Below are positions 44,216 to 51,298 of a stretch of 64,000 nucleotides of DNA, in pieces (position 1 is the first letter of the stretch; each line of letters opens with the position of its first letter). Made by a program: the position numbers and the translations under genes. The notes beneath the pieces are model-generated. The model did no database searches, had not been told where the DNA came from, and saw only the letters and a program-made list of their open reading frames with translations. This DNA is from Paludibacteraceae bacterium (GTDB lineage: Bacteria > Bacteroidota > Bacteroidia > Bacteroidales > Paludibacteraceae), in contig JAKSKV010000014.1 in assembly GCA_024401555.1 (NCBI GenBank), positions 14,442 through 78,441 on the forward strand. The letters are read 5' to 3'.

Positions 44216-44809
44216 TTAGGCAGTCTTGTGAAGGATCATGATGGCAGCACCATCGGTATTATCCTTTGGAGTGACGGTTACGTTGAAGTAAGCAGGGTTG
44301 TCGCTGTCACCAGCAACAAGACCACCGTACATCTCGACGTTGGTGAGGATGAGAACGGTCTGCTTGTTGTCATCGGTCATGATGAGCGAGCCAGTAACCT
44401 TGTTGACGTCGAGCGAGTAAGAATCGCCAGCGAAGTTGCCATCAAGGCCAGCAACAGTGATTCCGCTTACAGATGCAGCAGCCTTCTTAGTGAGGAAGAG
44501 GTCGTTGATAGCACCGTCGATAGAAGCAACCTGGAACGAGATGTCTGAGTCGCCCTTGTTTGCGCGAGATACCCAGATAGCACCGGTAGTCAGCTTGATC
44601 TCGGTTACATCAGGCTCGCCAGTGTTAAGGGTTACGCCGTCTTCAAGTACAGGGAGCTCGAGCTCACACTCGACACCTGTTGCGTTAAGCGAGTTGGCAG
44701 TGATTGGGTCAGAGTTGTAGTATACATTCTTCATCTTAGCGAAGAGAGTCTGCAGGTTAGCAGCCTCCTTACCACTCTGAACAGTAATCTTCTTAGCAGT
44801 TTCAGCCAT
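44216..44809 (-). CDS. major tail protein (candidate)
   Basis: 197 aa and beta-rich. Position immediately upstream of the G/GT chaperone. Followed by a strong terminator. Confidence 0.55.
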   Translation of the reverse strand: MAETAKKITVQSGKEAANLQTLFAKMKNVYYNSDPITANSLNATGVECELELPVLEDGVTLNTGEPDVTEIKLTTGAIWVSRANKGDSDISFQVASIDGAINDLFLTKKAAASVSGITVAGLDGNFAGDSYSLDVNKVTGSLIMTDDNKQTVLILTNVEMYGGLVAGDSDNPAYFNVTVTPKDNTDGAAIMILHKTA

Positions 44810-44850
44810 AGTAGTAATTTGTTATTTGTGAGTAATTTTTGTTATTGTTC

Positions 44851-45303
44851 CTATTCCTTGTCCGGCCACGAAAAGCGGTCGGTTGTGTTTATTTGCAAGT
44901 TTGCTCTTACGAGCCATACAGCGAATCCCAAATCATCGTCTCCAGAAAGCTGTAGCGCAGGGTTCTTTACGACGTAACGGTCTGTTATAATCGGAAACTT
45001 CTCAATCACCTTGTCCTCTAACTCCTGAAGCCTCATTATGTTCTGCAAGCCATTCTCAAGGTTCCTGACGTATATCTGGACATAAACACTTGCCTGTTGG
45101 TATACGTTATGGTCTCCGAAGTTGCTCGATGTCCTGATAACAAGGAACTCGTCGAGCTCAGGCCCTGCAGACGGACGGTTGCCAGCAAATACGTTCGGAA
45201 GATACTTTCCCTTTGCGTCCCTTCGCTTCTTGCATACGTCCTTGAAGTTCTTCGTGCATAGTTCTGACAGAACCAATGCAACGTAGTGCTTGACCTCTTT
45301 CAT
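44851..45303 (-). CDS. tail completion / tail terminator-like protein
   Basis: ATG 45303 overlaps the upstream stop (TAATG). Call rests on position. Confidence 0.4.
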   Translation of the reverse strand: MKEVKHYVALVLSELCTKNFKDVCKKRRDAKGKYLPNVFAGNRPSAGPELDEFLVIRTSSNFGDHNVYQQASVYVQIYVRNLENGLQNIMRLQELEDKVIEKFPIITDRYVVKNPALQLSGDDDLGFAVWLVRANLQINTTDRFSWPDKE

Positions 45304-45707
45304 TAGTTGAATGCGATGTTGAAGAATACTGTTGTTCCCATTCCCCAGACGCTGTCGGCGTAAGCTACGACTATCTCTATATCGTGCCATTCGCCCTGAG
45401 CATCCCTGACGTCAATCCTCATTCCTGGATGGATTCCGTTCACGAGCTCCGGTATATCAACGCAGTGGTCTGCCTTGATCACACCGTTAAGAGCAAACCT
45501 ACGCATCTGCTGAGAGCCATATTTCACACAGCTTCCTTCGTAGAGCACTGTGATCTCTCCAGCGTCAGCCTTCTCGTCAGCACCCTCTGCTTCGCTTGGA
45601 GCGAACTGCGGGTGGTCTGGATCCTTCTCTTCGAGTGATTCGAGATTCCTCGTGTACACCCTGCACCAGTCCGGATATCCACCTCGGTTTATACGATAGT
45701 TTGGCAT
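45303..45707 (-). CDS. head-tail adaptor / head closure-like protein
   Basis: Call rests on position. Confidence 0.35.
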   Translation of the reverse strand: MPNYRINRGGYPDWCRVYTRNLESLEEKDPDHPQFAPSEAEGADEKADAGEITVLYEGSCVKYGSQQMRRFALNGVIKADHCVDIPELVNGIHPGMRIDVRDAQGEWHDIEIVVAYADSVWGMGTTVFFNIAFN

Positions 45708-45708
45708 A

Positions 45709-46149
45709 TCAGAACAGGTATCTTGGACCCCTTCTCATGATTCTCATCCCGTGTGCTTCCAAAGAGATTGAAGGCTTCAACACAGGTACACTCTGAGGCT
45801 CTTCTCCAAGCACGTATTGCTTACGCATCTCGTTGAAGATAAGCTTCTTGTCCTCTAGAGATAGCTGAGTAGCTCCCTCCTTATGGCTCCATGTTCCGTT
45901 GGTCTGAGAATAAGACTTTGTGAGGCCTGGCTGAAGGTATACATACTTAAGAAGGTCTGCATAGCACAGATGCTTCAGCTTTTCATCGACATCCTCAAAA
46001 GGAGTGGACGGCATGCAACCACGGTCTGCAAGCACCGCCTCAATGACGTTCTCGCTAACAGTGTAGTCAGCCACCTTCCCGTGAAGGTAATCGATGATTG
46101 TATATGGTTTCAAATCCTTTGGCTCCATTTCGTCTTGAAAAGGTGGCAA
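45709..46149 (-). CDS. head-tail connector-like protein
   Basis: Call rests on position, immediately downstream of the capsid gene. Confidence 0.35.
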   Translation of the reverse strand: MPPFQDEMEPKDLKPYTIIDYLHGKVADYTVSENVIEAVLADRGCMPSTPFEDVDEKLKHLCYADLLKYVYLQPGLTKSYSQTNGTWSHKEGATQLSLEDKKLIFNEMRKQYVLGEEPQSVPVLKPSISLEAHGMRIMRRGPRYLF

Positions 46150-46230
46150 TCCCGCAGCCGTGTCGCCACGGGGTTGCCTGGTTGTATGTTATAGCGATGA
46201 AGAAGAAGTTCTCTGTATGGCTCAGCCTGA

Positions 46231-47424
46231 TCAAGCACCTACGAGCGAGTCAACGTTCTGGTCGTTCTTGAAGGTGTAGTTGGCGTCGGCCGAGTAGATG
46301 AGCACATGCTTAGGATTGGTGATGACTGGGGTAGCCCAAGCCTCTGCCTCGATACGGTTGTATGCCTTGCGGATATCCCAAGTATTGAGGATGGCGATGA
46401 CGCCCTGCTCACCGACGAAGCTGAAGTTAGCCTCTGGGCCGTACTGAGCACGCTGGCTGATGTCCTCCCAGATAGAAGCCATAGGCTTGATCTCGAAGAG
46501 GTCAGTGCCAGACTGGCAGAGTACAAGGTTGCGCTCATAGAACGAAGCGGTATCAATCTTCTGCTTGCCGTCAATCTCGACAGCCGACTTCTCGTCAACG
46601 ACGAGAATCGATGCAACGCCGAGCTCATGCAGATACTGGAGAATCTCAGCCTCCTGGAGAATATAGCTCTCATTGAGCAGACCGTTGATTCGTGCGCGGC
46701 ACTTTGCAACAACCTTTGGATGGCTGATGAAGGCCTTGAACATCTTCTTGGTCATCTTCCAGTGGTCGAATGGCACTGGCTCAGGGAGGTTCTCAGCGAA
46801 CTCCTGTGCGTCGAGCAGGTCCTGAACTGGGTCAGCGGCCTCGTTTTCAACCCACTTGTCTGCGCCGTAGTTGAACCAAGAAACTGCAGTCTTGCCCTTG
46901 TTCTCGCCAGGGATGTTCTGCTCCTCCTTGATGAAAGTGCCGTCCTCAGAGAAGTCATAGATGTAACCCTCAGAGAGTGCCTTGTAAGCAAGAGAGGTTA
47001 TCTGGTTGTGGATACCGATGGTGAGGATCTCCGACTTGGCTACGAAGGTCTCGAGCATCATGTCAGCGAACTTGCCGGTATTGCCGTTGGCGACTGCGCG
47101 AATACGAAGGATATCGTTCTCGTCCATTGCTACGCCATGGCCCATCTTGTAGATAGAGCCTCCGTAGCTCTCCCAACCTGCGGTTGAACGGAGTGGCTTG
47201 TTAGCGCCTACGCTGATGTTTGAAGCCTTAGGAATCAGCTGACCCTGCTTCACGATGTTGCCCCATACTGGATTGGTGGTCTTAGTGCCGAAGTGACCGA
47301 ACTCCTGCCAGCCCTTGCCGTTATACTTGGCGTTGGCATCCTCATAGAAGGAACGCATGTCCTCGGGGGTGAGATAGCGGCGCAAGTCGAGCGCGGCTAC
47401 CTGTTCCATAGATAATGTTGCCAT
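46231..47424 (-). CDS. major capsid protein (candidate)
   Basis: 397 aa. Follows the scaffold-like and decoration-like genes and precedes the connectors. Confidence 0.65.
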   Translation of the reverse strand: MATLSMEQVAALDLRRYLTPEDMRSFYEDANAKYNGKGWQEFGHFGTKTTNPVWGNIVKQGQLIPKASNISVGANKPLRSTAGWESYGGSIYKMGHGVAMDENDILRIRAVANGNTGKFADMMLETFVAKSEILTIGIHNQITSLAYKALSEGYIYDFSEDGTFIKEEQNIPGENKGKTAVSWFNYGADKWVENEAADPVQDLLDAQEFAENLPEPVPFDHWKMTKKMFKAFISHPKVVAKCRARINGLLNESYILQEAEILQYLHELGVASILVVDEKSAVEIDGKQKIDTASFYERNLVLCQSGTDLFEIKPMASIWEDISQRAQYGPEANFSFVGEQGVIAILNTWDIRKAYNRIEAEAWATPVITNPKHVLIYSADANYTFKNDQNVDSLVGA

Positions 47425-47458
47425 TTCTGTGATGTCTTGTTAGAGGTTAAACATTCGG

Positions 47459-48118
47459 TTACTTGTGCTCTGCCCAGTTGAAGTAGCAGAACTCCTCCTG
47501 GTTCATGTACTTGCGTACGACCTTGCTGAGAGCAGGAAGACGACGCAGCAGGATTGGGCTGTCGCTGAAATAGACGCTTGCGCACTTAACCGAGTAAGTG
47601 CCTGGAACTGCTACGAGGTCTACGTCGGTAAGGCCATTTGGCTTAACCTTTACGTAGTACTTGCTGTTCTTAGAAGTAGGATTAGCCTCCCAGAGGATAG
47701 CACCTGCGTTGAATGAAGCAGCTGCGTCGATGGTTACAATATCGTAATCTGCGTTGCTTGAGTCAACAGCAGTAACGGTGCTGACGGCAGTTGCGCCTGT
47801 CTCCATGGAAGTCTGCTCTGCCATGAGAGCCATGCCGACCTTCACACGAGTGCCCTCAGGGCCCTTGACGATCTTGACCTCAGTTGCGCTGGTAGCCTTC
47901 TCGGCAACCTCAAACTCATAATGCACGGTAGTTACACGTGCAATCTCGTCCTGATAGATAGGAGTGCCCATAGGGAGCACGTTAGGATACTCAGGAAGCT
48001 CGCTTACGGCGATCTCTGCACCACCAACGCGAGTCTTGACGTTACCCTCGAACACGGTACGCGAACCGCCTACCTTATCCTTCCATCGGATGTTGTTGTT
48101 AGCTGGAACGTATGACAT
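47459..48118 (-). CDS. head decoration / auxiliary capsid protein (candidate)
   Basis: 219 aa and beta-rich; between scaffold and capsid genes. Confidence 0.35.
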   Translation of the reverse strand: MSYVPANNNIRWKDKVGGSRTVFEGNVKTRVGGAEIAVSELPEYPNVLPMGTPIYQDEIARVTTVHYEFEVAEKATSATEVKIVKGPEGTRVKVGMALMAEQTSMETGATAVSTVTAVDSSNADYDIVTIDAAASFNAGAILWEANPTSKNSKYYVKVKPNGLTDVDLVAVPGTYSVKCASVYFSDSPILLRRLPALSKVVRKYMNQEEFCYFNWAEHK

Positions 48119-48187
48119 AGTCTTGTTCGTAATTATGTGTTAGTAATTGTTCTCCTATTCGCGGGTTACTACCCCTATCGAGAATTG

Positions 48188-49000
48188 TTAGCGGAACCTG
48201 CTCTGCTGCTGCTTTGCGATCTCCTGGCGGTTCTTGGCGATGCCCTGCTTCTCCTCACGCCACTTCTGCGCAAAGCTCTTGTCGCCGTTTCCTCCGCGTG
48301 CGGCAATACCATATGGTGCGTTGCCGCCTGGATTATAGCGCTTGTACTGGGCCTCATAGCGCTCACGGATCAGTTTCTCTGCATCCTCAAGCTTGGTGTC
48401 CTTGGTTATCTTCTTCTCCAGGCGCAGACGCTCAATCACGTCCTCAAGGATTACCTGATTGGCTTCACCGTAGCTTTCGTCCATGATCTTCTTCTGGACT
48501 AAGTCATACAGACCGTTGACGGTGCGCTCGTTGGCTTCCGTTTCACGGGCCTTGATCATCTCCTCGACCTGCTTCTGAAGGGCTGCAACCACAGGGTCTG
48601 GCTCAGTGCTCTTGTTTGCCTTCATAGCCTCTGCAATGGCCTTGGTCACGTCCTCTATGGTCAACGGCTGCGGCTTGTCTGCAGGTGGCGTGGCAGGTGG
48701 CGTGGCAGGTGGCGTTGCAGGAGGTGTGGCGGGAGGAGTCTGCGGATCAGGGTGGTTCTTCTTCCACTCCTCTTCCCAGGCACTACGGGCAGTGCTCATG
48801 TCGTGGTTGTGCTGACCGCTGTAGTTCTCTCCATACCACTTCAGCGTGGCAAGCGTCCTCTCCCAGTATGCATCATCAGGCTCAGTGCCTTCTGCCGGGC
48901 GGAACAGCGGATTGTTAAAGAAATTCTCGATTGTGCGATCCGAAGCACTGGTTTGTCCAAGCTTCTCCTTCGCTGTGGAAATCAGGGTTTCTAATTCCAT
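48188..49000 (-). CDS. scaffolding-like protein with (TPPA)n linker
   Basis: ATG 49000. Helical and charged, with a central TPPATPPATPPATPPATPPA linker. Position upstream of the capsid gene. Confidence 0.5.
   Translation of the reverse strand: MELETLISTAKEKLGQTSASDRTIENFFNNPLFRPAEGTEPDDAYWERTLATLKWYGENYSGQHNHDMSTARSAWEEEWKKNHPDPQTPPATPPATPPATPPATPPADKPQPLTIEDVTKAIAEAMKANKSTEPDPVVAALQKQVEEMIKARETEANERTVNGLYDLVQKKIMDESYGEANQVILEDVIERLRLEKKITKDTKLEDAEKLIRERYEAQYKRYNPGGNAPYGIAARGGNGDKSFAQKWREEKQGIAKNRQEIAKQQQSRFR
48681..48740. repeat. 12-bp tandem repeat, 5 units (gcaggtggcgtg consensus)
   Basis: Three near-identical and two degenerate units read directly; they encode the TPPA repeat on the minus strand. 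Confidence 0.8.
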
Positions 49001-49148
49001 TATAACGGTAGTAATAAATGTGAGTAACTCCACAACAGGTCTTTCCTCTTGTGGCGTGGATATAGGTATCAACAAGAAAACTCAGGGTGGTTCCCAATCA
49101 TAATCATGCGACAAAAATCCTATTCCAAATCTTTTTCTTCTTTTCCTG

Positions 49149-49220
49149 TGGCGGAGGATGGAATCGAACCATCGTCATCGTGGTTATGGGCCGCGCGAGC
49201 TACCTCTGCTCCACTCCGCT
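49149..49220 (-). tRNA. initiator-like tRNA-Met (anticodon CAT) with 1:72 mismatch
   Basis: Hand-folded sequence agcggag tg gagc agaggta gctc g cgcgg ccCATaa ccacg atgac gatgg ttcgatt ccatc ctccgcc a. The D arm matches the bacterial tRNA-fMet pattern (UGGAGCAG..GGUAGCUC). There is an A1-C72 mismatch and one C-A mismatch in the anticodon stem. Confidence 0.6.
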
Positions 49221-49253
49221 ATATATTGTACTATTTTTCTCCTTTTGACGACG

Positions 49254-49261
49254 CAAAGATA
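49254..49261 (-). promoter_or_regulatory. -7 box TAtcTTTG, with TTTG at 49282-49285, driving the tRNA and late structural operon
   Basis: TTTG-N20-TAnnTTTG on the minus strand; 34 nt upstream of the tRNA 5-prime end. Confidence 0.5.
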
Positions 49262-49335
49262 CGCAGTTTTGCATAATATTCCAAATATTTATGCGAAAAA
49301 TATACTTTTCTCTTTGATTTTCTGCATATTTTATG

Positions 49336-49343
49336 TATATTTG
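49336..49343 (+). promoter_or_regulatory. -7 box TAtaTTTG (then CACC), with TTTG at 49313-49316
   Basis: TTTG-N19-TAnnTTTG; 67 nt upstream of ATG 49410. Confidence 0.5.
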
Positions 49344-49409
49344 CACCAAAATTAGAGCTATTTTATACAAAATACGCTCAAGAATTATTCACATATACGT
49401 ATACGACTT

Positions 49410-50117
49410 ATGGAATTCATCAACCATCACTCTGACTTCAAGGTTCTTGTGGAAGTCAAATCAAGAAGCCTCACGATGTATCCATTCGAGTTCACTTTCT
49501 TTACAACCAAAGGCGGAGAAACCGTAGTAGCAAAATACGACGGTTCATCGTTCTCTGGCTGCTCGAAAGTAGACGACAACCACATCATCGTGCCTTTCGA
49601 CAACCATCAGCTATCAACCGGCAGGCTCAAGTGCCGGCAGGAGACATTTATTCCTGACAGCGACTACCCGGACGGCGTAAAGAACGAGGTTACCGAAATT
49701 GCTTTCGACATCGAGCTTGTATGCGGCCCTTCAAGTACAGTCGATCCGATCTCTGCGGTTATCTCGCAAACAATCCTCAAACCAGTAAAGGGAGCAGACT
49801 ACTTTACACCAGAGGATGTCGAGGAATTCACAGACAAGATTGGAAGGCTTCTGCTTGCAGACGCTTCTTACATGCAGAGCGTAGCGAACAAGATTGCGTC
49901 TAACCAGTCATTTATCGATGACGTTGCTACATCTATTGTCGCGATGGAGACGTTCGCAAACGCGATTACAAACAAGCTCGCAGCAAGTTCACAGTTCGCA
50001 TCGAGTGTCGCTCCTATCGTAGAGAGCCAGGCCACTCCAACAATCATTAGTGAGCTTAAGGCTAACGAGACATTTATCGTTGCTGTAGCGAACAAGGTAG
50101 CTGATAAGCTTAACTAA
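49410..50117 (+). CDS. hypothetical protein (possible virion protein) with C-terminal short repeats
   Basis: 235 aa. The C-terminal ~90 aa contain repeating motifs: SFIDDVATSIV, TFANAITNKLA, QFASSVAPIV, TFIVAVANKVA. Confidence 0.4.
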   Translation: MEFINHHSDFKVLVEVKSRSLTMYPFEFTFFTTKGGETVVAKYDGSSFSGCSKVDDNHIIVPFDNHQLSTGRLKCRQETFIPDSDYPDGVKNEVTEIAFDIELVCGPSSTVDPISAVISQTILKPVKGADYFTPEDVEEFTDKIGRLLLADASYMQSVANKIASNQSFIDDVATSIVAMETFANAITNKLAASSQFASSVAPIVESQATPTIISELKANETFIVAVANKVADKLN

Positions 50118-50228
50118 TATGTAATAGGTAGGCGGATAGCGGAAAGCTGATCCCTTTACGCGAAAAGGACAAGTCGAGGTCTATTCCGTCTACCTTTTTA
50201 TTTACTCGGCGTAAAACATATTTCGACT

Positions 50229-51296
50229 ATGGAGAAAAAGATTGTTACAACGCGAAAAGGTTTAACATTTGAAGTTTACAAGGATGGAAGAATCTTCTAC
50301 AATGGAGAAGAAAGAATCCCTGCGTACTGTCATAGATTTAACAAGGACGGAAGTTTGTACAAGGTTGGCAGATATATTAACATAAAGGTAAACAAAAAAA
50401 ACAAGGCTACGTCTGCTGCAAAGCTTATGATGCTGGCCTTTATCGATGGATACGACGAATCGTTTATTGTTAAACACAAGGATGGAGACGTGTACAATTA
50501 CTCGTTGGATAATCTCTATTGCGAAGACATAAAGACAAAGTCAAACATAGATGGAGAAATATGGAAACCCGTGTCAGGGTTTGAGAAGCTATATGAAATA
50601 AGCAACATCGGAAGAATAAGGGTTCTCGATAAAAATGTAGTCGGACGAAAAGTTTTTGGAAAAATATTAGCACCAAAAAAGACGAGGAATGGATATTTGA
50701 TGATTCATCTCCACGGAGACGATGGCACTGAAAAGAACTGTCTTATTCATAGACTTGTTGCCGATGCTTTTATTCAAAATCCAGAAAACCTTCCGTGCGT
50801 AAATCATAAGGATTTCATAAGAACAAACAATAAAGTTGAAAACCTTGAATGGTGTACTTATTTATACAATCTTGAATACAGTAATGTTTTCGAGAGGATG
50901 TCAGAGGTCAAGTCCATTCCTGTAGTTCAAATGGACGAGAACTATAATGTGCTGGCGGAATACAAAAATTGCGGAGAGGCTGCAGAAGCAGTAGGAGGAT
51001 TAGAAGCAAATATAAGATCTTGTATATTCGGAGTCGCTGCAACTTCGTACGGTTACAGATGGAAATATAAAGACGAGTCAAGGAATAGAAAAAACACGAA
51101 AGAAGTGAGATTGAAGTCAGTTACAATGATGGACGATGACTGCAATATACTGCGTGTTTTCAAGTCTCCAGGAGAAGCTGGCAAAGAACTTGGAATATTC
51201 TCTACGTCAATCGTTTCCGTTTGTAGAGGAAAAAACAAACACGCTGGTGGGTATAGATGGAAATATACATACTTTGATAGCAAGCAATTGGTATAA
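50229..51296 (+). CDS. free-standing HNH homing endonuclease (NUMOD4 + HNH_3 + YGYRWKY-type DNA-binding repeats)
   Basis: IWKPVSGFEKLYEISNIGRIR (NUMOD4-like). IHRLVADAFIQNPENLPCVNHKDFIRTNNKVENLEW (HNH_3). Two C-terminal xGYRWKY modules. Confidence 0.8.
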   Translation: MEKKIVTTRKGLTFEVYKDGRIFYNGEERIPAYCHRFNKDGSLYKVGRYINIKVNKKNKATSAAKLMMLAFIDGYDESFIVKHKDGDVYNYSLDNLYCEDIKTKSNIDGEIWKPVSGFEKLYEISNIGRIRVLDKNVVGRKVFGKILAPKKTRNGYLMIHLHGDDGTEKNCLIHRLVADAFIQNPENLPCVNHKDFIRTNNKVENLEWCTYLYNLEYSNVFERMSEVKSIPVVQMDENYNVLAEYKNCGEAAEAVGGLEANIRSCIFGVAATSYGYRWKYKDESRNRKNTKEVRLKSVTMMDDDCNILRVFKSPGEAGKELGIFSTSIVSVCRGKNKHAGGYRWKYTYFDSKQLV

Positions 51297-51298
51297 CA

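Noticed and set aside
46306-47187. 293-aa plus-strand ORF and a 157-aa minus-strand alternative-frame ORF within the capsid gene
   Set aside because: They overlap the much more protein-like 397-aa capsid ORF completely, so they are shadow frames.
50118-51298. HNH gene as part of a group I intron interrupting terL or the upstream gene
   Set aside because: terL has a normal ~60-aa N-terminus before the P-loop and its own ATG 2 nt after the HNH stop. The upstream ORF ends with a stop and a hairpin. There is no split-gene evidence, so I treated it as a free-standing endonuclease.
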